This document shows positions 47,825-56,587 of a stretch of DNA of 64,000 bases, piece by piece; position 1 is the first letter of the stretch; each line of letters starts with the position of its first letter. This DNA is from Dehalococcoidia bacterium (GTDB taxonomy: Bacteria; Chloroflexota; Dehalococcoidia; Lucifugimonadales; JADFKI01), in contig OZ241999.1 in the NCBI GenBank assembly GCA_965204605.1, positions 2,010,473 through 2,074,472 on the forward strand, given 5' to 3'. The position numbers and the translations under genes are program-made. Below the pieces are notes generated by a model. It saw only the letters and a list, made by a program, of their open reading frames with translations, did no database searches and was not told where the DNA came from.

Positions 47825-49570
47825 ATGAGCGACTTCAATGCTATAGGCGCGACTGCCCGAATTTATCGAAAGTGGGGAACTCTGAAACTCGGCCTCACAG
47901 CCGCCGCCGCCGCAATCGCAGCCGCGCTTTTAGGCGGCGTCCAGCATTCTCAAGCCTACGCCGACAGCCCCACGCCTAGTCCGTCCGTCCACGCATCGCG
48001 CTCGACCGACGCCTCCTCCCAAGCCCTGCGCCGCTACACCCTGCAGCTGCTGCATATCCTGTCCGACGCCGACACCAACAAATGGGAGCGCTACCGGCAG
48101 GCGATGCCGCACTGCGCCGCCGCTCCAGCATACCTTGACGAAATCAATGCGAACAACGATGTCAGCCCGCTCGACGCGACCCTTATTGCGCTGACCGAGG
48201 ATCTATGCGCCGATTTGGATCAGCGCTTGGATGACGCTAGAACCGTCGGACTGCTCGTGAACGAATCCCAAGCTATGCGCGGTTATACTCTTATAGCCGC
48301 ACGCTTCAAAAGCCGTATTCATCTGATTGACCATAGCGGCAGAATAGTGCATGAATGGAGGAAACAACTCAGAGGCTGGGTTCCTCACGCGAAACTTTTG
48401 GATAACGGGAATCTGCTTATTGAGCAAAGAACCGGCATGGACAACAGAATAATAACGGAAATTGACCCGGATGGTAATATCGTGTGGCAATTCCCCTATT
48501 TCGAAAGACTCCACCACGATTTCATCAAAATGCCCAACGGCAATGTACTGATACTTGCGCGCGGCACTAAGACCAGCGAAGAAGCCATAGCCGCGGGCAT
48601 AGACCCGGACATCGTGCCCCCCGGGGGAGTAAACTACGATTATCTGATGGAAGTCCGCCCCACCGGAAGCGAAGGTGGCGAGATTGTGTGGGAATGGTCT
48701 GCCTGGGACTACCTAGCGCAGGACATCGACTCAAGCAAAAATAACTACCGCGTGATTGCTGAGCATCCCGAACTAATCGACGCTAATTTTACGTCAGGAA
48801 AATGGGGAGACGGCTATCCTATATACGCAATGGAACTGACGTACATCAACGGAATAGACTATAACCCTGAGCTAGACCATATAGCGCTCTCCGCGCGTTA
48901 TTACAGCGAATTGTGGATAATAGACCACAGCGCAACCACGGAAGAAGCGCCCACCCGCACAGGCGGCAACGCAGGCAAAGGCGGCGCGCTGCTGTACAGA
49001 TGGGGCAATCCGCGCGCCTACAGACACGGGACAACTGACGACCAACGTCTGTTCCGCCAGCACCACACTCAGTGGATAGCCCCCGGACTCCCGGGCGAGG
49101 GCAACATCCTTGTGTTCAACAACGGATTTGAGTGGGGGGCGGATTCGCCCGGGCACTCCTCCATAGAAGAAATCATTCCTCCGCTGGACGGATACGGCTA
49201 TCGGCGCGAGCCAGGCGAAGCTTATCCTCCTGCGGAACCCGTTTGGACATACACCGCCGAACCCGCCTCGGATTTTTATTCCCGCATCATGTCCGGCGTT
49301 CAACGACTTCCCAACGGCAACACCCTGATTTGCGAAGCGGCGAAGGGAACTGTGTTCCAAGTAACCCCGGATGGGAAAACGGTTTGGAAGTATGTGTATC
49401 CTATAACGAATCAGGACATCCCATTGAAGCAGGGCGATCAACCGACAATACGGCTAGGTAATGACATATTCAACAACGCCGTATATCGCGCCTACTGGTA
49501 CGCGCCCGACCATCCCGGATTGCAGAAATATGACCTGACGCCCGGCGACGCCATCGAACTTTACGAATAG
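47825..49570 (+). CDS. exported arylsulfotransferase (ASST)-like beta-propeller protein, paralogue 1
   Basis: Signal peptide ending SQAYA/DSPTP. HHDFIKMPNGNVL, YDYLMEVRP..GEIVWEW, NGIDYNPELD, SELWIIDHS, FRQHHTQWI, VQRLPNGNTLI, VFQVTPDGKTVWKY. Confidence 0.7.
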   Translation: MSDFNAIGATARIYRKWGTLKLGLTAAAAAIAAALLGGVQHSQAYADSPTPSPSVHASRSTDASSQALRRYTLQLLHILSDADTNKWERYRQAMPHCAAAPAYLDEINANNDVSPLDATLIALTEDLCADLDQRLDDARTVGLLVNESQAMRGYTLIAARFKSRIHLIDHSGRIVHEWRKQLRGWVPHAKLLDNGNLLIEQRTGMDNRIITEIDPDGNIVWQFPYFERLHHDFIKMPNGNVLILARGTKTSEEAIAAGIDPDIVPPGGVNYDYLMEVRPTGSEGGEIVWEWSAWDYLAQDIDSSKNNYRVIAEHPELIDANFTSGKWGDGYPIYAMELTYINGIDYNPELDHIALSARYYSELWIIDHSATTEEAPTRTGGNAGKGGALLYRWGNPRAYRHGTTDDQRLFRQHHTQWIAPGLPGEGNILVFNNGFEWGADSPGHSSIEEIIPPLDGYGYRREPGEAYPPAEPVWTYTAEPASDFYSRIMSGVQRLPNGNTLICEAAKGTVFQVTPDGKTVWKYVYPITNQDIPLKQGDQPTIRLGNDIFNNAVYRAYWYAPDHPGLQKYDLTPGDAIELYE

Positions 49571-49628
49571 GCGGCGGCAAGGTCCGCCTTGCGCCGCCGG
49601 AATAGCCATATATGAGACACCAACCCGA

Positions 49629-51371
49629 ATGAACAACTTTAACGCCATAGCCCCGGTTGCCCTAATTTGTCGGGGGGGGGGGGGGCGAAAACCTCTCATT
49701 GCCGCAATCGCCGCAATCGCAATCGCCGCAGCGCTTTTAGGCGGCGTCCGGCATTCGCAAGTCCATGCCGACAGCCCCACGCCCACGCGCGCGCCCGCAT
49801 ACCAATCTCCCGCCGCCTCCTCCCAAGCGCTGCGCCGCCACACCCTGCAGCTGCTGCATATCCTATCCAACCCCGACGCCAACCAATGGGAACGCTACCG
49901 CCAGGCAATTGCGCATTGCGCCTCCGCGCCAACATACCTTGCCGAAACCGGCGCAGACAGCGATGTCAGCCCGCTCGACGCGACCCTCATTGCGCTGACC
50001 GAGGATCTGTGCGCCGACCTGGATCAGCGCTTGGAAGACGCTAGAACCGTCGGACTGCTCGTGAACGAATCCCAAGCTATGCGCGGCTATACTTTGATAG
50101 CCGGACAGACGAATAACTATGTTCACCTGATTGATCGCCTTGGCAGAACCGTCCATTCATGGCAGTTGGGAAGGCGAATTTCCCACGCAAAGCTTATGGA
50201 CAACGGGAATCTGCTTGTTCAACTAGACGGAGACGAACTCAGCATATCGGAACTCGATCCGGATAGCAGAATCGTGTGGAAGTACATCCACGCCGGCGAC
50301 TTCCATCACGACTTTCTCAAGATGCCCAACGGCAATGTGTTGATGCTGGCGCACGGCGTTAAGACCAGGGAAGAAGCCATAGCGATGGGCGCAAACCCGA
50401 ACATCGTGCCCTCCGAAGGCATGCAATACGACTATCTGATAGAAGTGCGCCCCACCGGAAACGAAGGCGGCGAAATCGTGTGGGAATGGTCAACGCTGGA
50501 CTACCTAGTCCAGGACTTCGACCCAACCAAGCCAAACTACGGCGCTCCCTCCGAACATCCCGAACTAATCGACGCTAATTTCTCGGCAGGAAGATACTGG
50601 GCTAACAATAACATCTTGGCATGGACGTACATCAACGGGATAGACTATAACCCTGAACTAGACCAGATAGCGCTCTCCGCACGTCATTTCAGCGAACTGT
50701 GGATAATAGACCACAGCGCAACCAGAGAAGAAGCGCCCACCCGCACAGGCGGCAACGCAGGCAAAGGCGGCGCGCTGCTGTACAGATGGGGCAACCCGCG
50801 CGCCTATCGACACGGAACGGTCGACGATCAACGGCTGTTTCGACAGCACCACACTCACTGGATAGCGCCCGGACTGCCCGGCGCAGGCAACATCCTTATG
50901 TTCAACAACGGATATGAGATAGGACTAGGCAAGGATCCACCCTTCTATTCGTCAATAGAAGAGATAGTTCCCCCGGTGGACGGATACGGCTATCGGCGCG
51001 ATCCCGGAGACCCCTACCCTCCCGCCGAGCCTGTCTGGAGATACGCCTCCGAACCGCCCACGGACTTTTACTCCCGCTTGTTGTCGAGCGCGCAACGGCT
51101 TCCTAACGGCAACACCCTGATTTGCGAGGGAATGCAGGGCAATGTGTTCCAAATAACCCCGGACGGAAGAACGGTCTGGAGATATGTGTACCCTATGGAT
51201 GGCGATACGCCATTGAAGCAGGGCGAGGAAGCTTCGATATACACTCAGCTGAGACGTGGAGATGCCACGTTCAACAACGCCGTATATCGCGCCTACTGGT
51301 ACGCGCCCGACCATCCCGGATTGCAGAAATATGACCTGACGCCCGGCGACGCCATCGAACTTTACGAATAG
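49629..51371 (+). CDS. ASST-like beta-propeller protein, paralogue 2 (G14 tract in codons 15-19)
   Basis: Same blocks as paralogue 1. The reading frame is intact only with the observed 14 G. Confidence 0.7.
   Translation: MNNFNAIAPVALICRGGGGRKPLIAAIAAIAIAAALLGGVRHSQVHADSPTPTRAPAYQSPAASSQALRRHTLQLLHILSNPDANQWERYRQAIAHCASAPTYLAETGADSDVSPLDATLIALTEDLCADLDQRLEDARTVGLLVNESQAMRGYTLIAGQTNNYVHLIDRLGRTVHSWQLGRRISHAKLMDNGNLLVQLDGDELSISELDPDSRIVWKYIHAGDFHHDFLKMPNGNVLMLAHGVKTREEAIAMGANPNIVPSEGMQYDYLIEVRPTGNEGGEIVWEWSTLDYLVQDFDPTKPNYGAPSEHPELIDANFSAGRYWANNNILAWTYINGIDYNPELDQIALSARHFSELWIIDHSATREEAPTRTGGNAGKGGALLYRWGNPRAYRHGTVDDQRLFRQHHTHWIAPGLPGAGNILMFNNGYEIGLGKDPPFYSSIEEIVPPVDGYGYRRDPGDPYPPAEPVWRYASEPPTDFYSRLLSSAQRLPNGNTLICEGMQGNVFQITPDGRTVWRYVYPMDGDTPLKQGEEASIYTQLRRGDATFNNAVYRAYWYAPDHPGLQKYDLTPGDAIELYE
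49672..49685 (+). repeat. homopolymeric G14 tract inside the 5' coding region of paralogue 2
   Basis: Counted directly: c + 9 g at 49671-49680 plus 5 g at 49681-49685. Translated as RGGGG. Confidence 0.9.
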
Positions 51372-51429
51372 GCGGCGGCAAGGTCCGCCTTGCGCCGCCG
51401 GAATAGCCACATATGAGACACCAACCCAA

Positions 51430-53136
51430 ATGAACAACTTTAACGCCATAGCCCCGGTTGCCCTAATCTGTCGTGTAGGGGGGCGAAAACCGCTCATTGC
51501 CGCAGTCGCCGCAATCGCCATCGCAGCCGCGCTTTTAGGCGGCGTCCGGCATTCGCAAGTCTATGCCGACAGCCCCACGCCCACGCCCGCCCGCGCCTCG
51601 CAACCATCCGACGCCGACGCCCATACCCTGCGGCGCTACACCCTGCAGCTGTTGCATATCCTATCCGACGCCGACTCCAACCGGTGGGAGCGCTACCGCC
51701 AGGCAATTGCGCATTGCGCCTCCCCCCCGGCATATCTTGGTGAAATCGGCGCAGACAGCGACGTCAGCCCGCTCGACCACGCCGTTGCTGCGATGACCGA
51801 GGATCTGTGCGCCGACCTGGATCAGCGCTTGGAAGACGCTAGAACCGTCGGACTGCTCATGAACGAACCCGAAGCTATGCGCGGCTATACTTTGATAACC
51901 GGATTTAGCGATAACTACGTTTACCTGGTTGACCACCTTGGCAGAATCGCCCATTCATGGCAGTTGGGAAGGCGAATTGCCCACGCAAAGCTTATGGATA
52001 ACGGGAATCTGCTTGTTCAACTAGGCAGAGGCGAGGAACTCAGCATACTCGATCCGGATAGCGGCATCGTGTGGAAGTACACCCATACCGGCAACTTCCA
52101 TCACGACTTTCTTAAGATGCCCAACGGCAATTTGTTGATGATAGTGCGAGGCTTTAAGTCCAGAGAAGAGGCCATACAGACAGGCGTAAATCCGGACGTC
52201 GTCCCATTAGAAGGAATGGAATACGACTACCTGATAGAAGTGCGCCCCACGGGAAGCGATGACGGCGAAATTGTGTGGGAATGGTCTGCGTGGGACTACA
52301 TAGTGCAGGACTTCGACGCATCCAAAGAGAACTACGGAGATCCATCCGATCATCCCGAACTAATTGACGTTAATTTTTTGGTGAAATCGAGTCGAGGCCG
52401 CGGCCGCAATACTTTGAATTGGCTCCATACCAATGCAATAGACTACAATCCTTCGCTAAACCAGATAATCCTTTCACCGCGGAATAACGACGAATTGTGG
52501 ATAATAGACCGTAGCGTCTCCACAGAAATTGCCCCCACGCGCAAAGGCGGAAACGCAGGCAAAGGCGGCGCGCTGCTGTACAGATGGGGCAATCCGCGCG
52601 CCTACAGGCACGGGACAACTGACGACCAACGTCTGTTCCGCCAGCACCATACTCAGTGGATAGCCCCCGGACTCCCGGGCGAGGGCAACATCCTTGTGTT
52701 CAACAACAAAAATGAGTTCGCGGCAGATCAGCGTAAGAACTACTCCTCCATAGAAGAGATCGTTCCCCCAACGGATGGATCCGAGTATAAGCGCGAACCG
52801 GACGCAGCCTATCCCCCTGTGGAGCCTGTCTGGACATACACCGCCGAACCTCCCTCGGATTTTTATTCCAGCGTCATGGGATGCGTGCAGCGGCTTCCCA
52901 ACGGGAACACCCTGATTTGCGATTCAACTTCAGGCGCCGTGTTTCAAGTAACTCCCGATGGAACGACCGTCTGGAAGTACGTTTATCCCATACGCGGCGA
53001 TATTCCATTGAAACAAGGTGAGGAAGTTGACGCAGACAATAGCTTCGTATATCGCGCCTACTGGTATGCGCCCGACTATCCCGGCCTGCAGAAATACGAC
53101 CTGACGCCCGGCGATACTATTGAGCTTTACGAATAG
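51430..53136 (+). CDS. ASST-like beta-propeller protein, paralogue 3
   Basis: Same blocks. The 5' end and upstream spacer are nearly identical to paralogue 2. Confidence 0.7.
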   Translation: MNNFNAIAPVALICRVGGRKPLIAAVAAIAIAAALLGGVRHSQVYADSPTPTPARASQPSDADAHTLRRYTLQLLHILSDADSNRWERYRQAIAHCASPPAYLGEIGADSDVSPLDHAVAAMTEDLCADLDQRLEDARTVGLLMNEPEAMRGYTLITGFSDNYVYLVDHLGRIAHSWQLGRRIAHAKLMDNGNLLVQLGRGEELSILDPDSGIVWKYTHTGNFHHDFLKMPNGNLLMIVRGFKSREEAIQTGVNPDVVPLEGMEYDYLIEVRPTGSDDGEIVWEWSAWDYIVQDFDASKENYGDPSDHPELIDVNFLVKSSRGRGRNTLNWLHTNAIDYNPSLNQIILSPRNNDELWIIDRSVSTEIAPTRKGGNAGKGGALLYRWGNPRAYRHGTTDDQRLFRQHHTQWIAPGLPGEGNILVFNNKNEFAADQRKNYSSIEEIVPPTDGSEYKREPDAAYPPVEPVWTYTAEPPSDFYSSVMGCVQRLPNGNTLICDSTSGAVFQVTPDGTTVWKYVYPIRGDIPLKQGEEVDADNSFVYRAYWYAPDYPGLQKYDLTPGDTIELYE

Positions 53137-53215
53137 ACGGCGGCAATTGATTGGACGCAGCGAATAGCCGTTTGTTATAATACGGCGAATATAAGCAGTA
53201 GAAACAGTAGCCGAA

Positions 53216-54754
53216 ATGAGCAAATTCAGCGCCGTATCGCGCTTTACTCCGCCGCTTCAATTTGTCAGGGGTTGGAGGGTGAAAACCGCCCTCGCCGCCG
53301 CCGCCGCAATCGCCATCGCCGCAATCGCAATCGCAGCCGCGCTTCTCCCGCTGAACGATGCGCCGTGCGACGGCTTGGACATAAATCCCCATAATTACTA
53401 TCCGCCCGCCGACGACGCTAGAACCGTCGGACTGCTCCTTAACGAACCGAAGTCTATCTGCGGATACGTCTTGATACCCGGACGTTTCAACAACTACGTT
53501 CACCTCATTGACCATCTTGGCAGAATCGTCAATGAATGGCAGTTCGAAAATAAAGTCTATCTCGCAGAGCTTTTGGATAACGGGAATCTGCTCGTTATAA
53601 TTCTAGAAGACGACGATAGCGACGGCCGCAACATAGCCGAAGTCGATCCGAACGGCAATATCGTGTGGCAATACACCCACATCGACGAACTCCATCGCGA
53701 TTTCATCAAGATGCCCAACGGCAATGTACTGATGTTGGCGCAGGGCGTTAAGACTAGGGAAGAAGCCATAGCGGCAGGCGCTAACCCGGATTTCATCCCA
53801 GAGCAAGGAATGCTATACGACTATCTGATAGAGATGCGTCCCGCCGGAAGCGAAGGCGGCGAGGTTGTGTGGGAATGGTCGTCGTGGGATTACATAACGC
53901 AGAACGTCGACGCAGCCAAATCAAATTACGGCGATCCTTCCGATCATCCCGAACTAATCGACGCCAACTTCTATACCGGAGCGACGCCGCCCGGCCCGCG
54001 TTCCCTACGGGACTGGCTGCATACTAACGCAATAGACTACAACCCTGAGCTAGACCTGATAGCGCTTTCCCCGCGCCAATTTAGCGAATTGTGGATTATA
54101 GATTACAGCCCCGCCACCGAAGAGGCGGCAGCGCGCAGTAGCCCCAACCCGCGCAAGGACGGCGCGCTGCTATACAGATATGGCAACCCGCGCGCCTACG
54201 GGCATGGGACGAACGCCGACCGCCAGCTGTTTCGGCAGCACCATATCCAATGGATAGCGCCCGAACTGCCCGGCGCAGGCGACATTCTTATCTTCAACAA
54301 CGGACACGCCTCGGATGAATACCCGCGTCAGTACTCATCCATAGATCAAATCGTTCTCCCAATGGACGGATACGAATATCGACACGAACCGAAAGCAGAG
54401 TACCCTCCACCCAAGCTTGTCTGGACTTACACTGCCGAAACCCCCGCCGATTTTTACTCCGGCATCATGGGCGGCGTGCAGCGGCTACCCAACGGCAACA
54501 CGCTCATTAGCGAATCAACGTCAGGAACCCTGTTTCAGATAACGCCCGATGGCAAGACGGTCTGGAAGTATGTGTACCCGATGGATGGCGATACTCCATT
54601 GAAACAGGGCGCGGAAGCCACGCTGCTAACGACTTTAAGCAACGACCGCCTGCTAAACAACGCCGTATATCGCGCCTACTGGTACGCGCCCGACCATCCC
54701 GGCCTGCAAAAGTACGACCTGACGCCCGGCGACGCCATTGAGCTTTACGAATAG
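53216..54754 (+). CDS. ASST-like beta-propeller protein, paralogue 4 (lacks the N-terminal helical domain)
   Basis: The signal anchor is followed directly by ..DDARTVGLLLNEP. Propeller blocks are conserved. Confidence 0.7.
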   Translation: MSKFSAVSRFTPPLQFVRGWRVKTALAAAAAIAIAAIAIAAALLPLNDAPCDGLDINPHNYYPPADDARTVGLLLNEPKSICGYVLIPGRFNNYVHLIDHLGRIVNEWQFENKVYLAELLDNGNLLVIILEDDDSDGRNIAEVDPNGNIVWQYTHIDELHRDFIKMPNGNVLMLAQGVKTREEAIAAGANPDFIPEQGMLYDYLIEMRPAGSEGGEVVWEWSSWDYITQNVDAAKSNYGDPSDHPELIDANFYTGATPPGPRSLRDWLHTNAIDYNPELDLIALSPRQFSELWIIDYSPATEEAAARSSPNPRKDGALLYRYGNPRAYGHGTNADRQLFRQHHIQWIAPELPGAGDILIFNNGHASDEYPRQYSSIDQIVLPMDGYEYRHEPKAEYPPPKLVWTYTAETPADFYSGIMGGVQRLPNGNTLISESTSGTLFQITPDGKTVWKYVYPMDGDTPLKQGAEATLLTTLSNDRLLNNAVYRAYWYAPDHPGLQKYDLTPGDAIELYE

Positions 54755-54856
54755 GCCGCGGCAAAATTGTCTTTGCGCCCGCAGAGCAGCCACCTAGGAG
54801 ACAGCGACCCAAATTGACTAACATCAACGCCACAGCCCTAGCCAGCCTAATTTGTC

Positions 54857-54874
54857 GGGGGGGGGGGGGGGGGG
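54857..54874 (+). repeat. homopolymeric G18 tract 1 nt upstream of the ATG of paralogue 5
   Basis: Counted directly as 4 + 10 + 4 g. Occupies the same TGTCG-(G)n position as in paralogue 2. Confidence 0.9.
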
Positions 54875-54875
54875 A

Positions 54876-56525
54876 ATGAAAACCGCCCTCACAGCCGCCG
54901 CCGCATTCGCAATCGCCGCCGCGCTTTTAGCCGCCGCCCCGCATTCGCAAGCCTATGCCGACAGCCCAACGTCGTCAAATGCCCGCGTCTCGCAACCGCC
55001 CGCCGACGCCTCCCAAGCCTTGCGCCGCTACACCCAGCAGTTGCTGCGCATCCTATCCAACCCCGACGCCAACCGGTGGGAACGCTACCGCCAGGCTATG
55101 CCGCATTGCGCCGACGCCCCTGCGCGCCTTGCCGAAATCAACGCAGCCAGCGACGTCAGCGCTCTCGACGCGACCCTTGCGGCGCTGACCGAGGATCTGT
55201 GCAGCGACCTGGATCAACGCCTGGACGAAGCTAGAACCGTCGGGTTGCTCATAAACGAACCCGAGGCTATGCGCGGATATACTTTGATACCTGGAAGATC
55301 CAGTAACTATGTTCGCCTGATTGACCATCTCGGCAGAGTCGCGCATTCATGGCAGTTAGAAAATGGGATTACCCACGCAAGGCTTTTGGATAACGGGCAT
55401 CTGCTTGTTCCTCTGGACAACGACAATGGACGGAGCATAGCGGAAGTCGATCAGGACAGCAATATCGTGTACCAATACTCACCCCCAGGATACTTCCATC
55501 ACGACTTCCTCAAGATGCCTAACGGCAATCTGCTGCTGCTGCTGCGAGGCTCCAAGACTAGAGAAGAAGCCGTAGCTGCGGGCGCAAACCCGGACGGCGT
55601 CCCTTCCGGGGGGATGCGGTACGACTATCTGATAGAAGTGCGCCCAGCAGGAACGGACGGCGGCGAGATTGTGTGGGAATGGTCGTCGTGGGACTACAGA
55701 GTGCAGGACTTCGACGCAAGCAAAGACAACTACGGAGTGATTGCCGAACATCCCGAACTAATCGACCTTAACTTTTTGGTTGAATCGCCGCCTATCAACC
55801 CCCGGGCCAACGCCTGGATTTGGCTGCATATCAACGGGATAGATTACAATCCTGATCTAGATCAGATAGCGCTTTCCCTCAGAAATCATAGCGAATTGTG
55901 GATTATAGACCACAACGCAGACGCTCAAGAGGCGCAAGCAAAGGCGGCTCCGCTGTACAGATGGGGCAACCCGCGCGCCTACGGACACGGAACAATTGCC
56001 GATCGACGGCTGTTCCTACAGCACCATACTCAGTGGATAGCCCCCGGACTGCCGGGCGCCGGCAATATCCTCGTGTTCAACAACGGATGGGCGCATGAGG
56101 AAGATCAGATTAGGAACTATTCGTCCATAGAAGAAATCGTTCCGCCGACGGACGGATACGGCTATCGGCGCGAGCCGGGAGTGCCATATCTTGAGACCGA
56201 TCCCGTATGGACATACACCGCCGAACCTCCCTCGGATTTTTATTCCCGCGTCATGGGATGCGTGCAACGGCTGCCCAACGGCAACACGCTGATTTGCGAT
56301 TCAACTTCGGGAACTGTATTGCAGGTAACTCCGGATGGAAAGACCGTCTGGAAGTACGTCTATCCCGTAGTTGCCGGTATGCCATTGAAGCAAGGCGAGG
56401 AAGTTGACGCGCGCCCTAACGCACGCAATAACGCCGTATATCGCGCCTACTGGTACGCGCCCGACCATCCCGGCCTGCAGAAATACGACCTGACGCCCGG
56501 CGATACCATTGAGCTTTACGAATAG
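54876..56525 (+). CDS. ASST-like beta-propeller protein, paralogue 5 (G18 tract immediately upstream of ATG)
   Basis: MKTALTAAAAFAIAAALLAAAPHSQAYA signal peptide. The ORF track's start at TTG 54852 reads through the G tract. The ancestral upstream start region (54814) is out of frame. Confidence 0.7.
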   Translation: MKTALTAAAAFAIAAALLAAAPHSQAYADSPTSSNARVSQPPADASQALRRYTQQLLRILSNPDANRWERYRQAMPHCADAPARLAEINAASDVSALDATLAALTEDLCSDLDQRLDEARTVGLLINEPEAMRGYTLIPGRSSNYVRLIDHLGRVAHSWQLENGITHARLLDNGHLLVPLDNDNGRSIAEVDQDSNIVYQYSPPGYFHHDFLKMPNGNLLLLLRGSKTREEAVAAGANPDGVPSGGMRYDYLIEVRPAGTDGGEIVWEWSSWDYRVQDFDASKDNYGVIAEHPELIDLNFLVESPPINPRANAWIWLHINGIDYNPDLDQIALSLRNHSELWIIDHNADAQEAQAKAAPLYRWGNPRAYGHGTIADRRLFLQHHTQWIAPGLPGAGNILVFNNGWAHEEDQIRNYSSIEEIVPPTDGYGYRREPGVPYLETDPVWTYTAEPPSDFYSRVMGCVQRLPNGNTLICDSTSGTVLQVTPDGKTVWKYVYPVVAGMPLKQGEEVDARPNARNNAVYRAYWYAPDHPGLQKYDLTPGDTIELYE

Positions 56526-56587
56526 ACGCGACGGCAAGGTCCGCCCTTGCGCCGCCATACCAACCATATTAGGAGACAGCAACCCAA

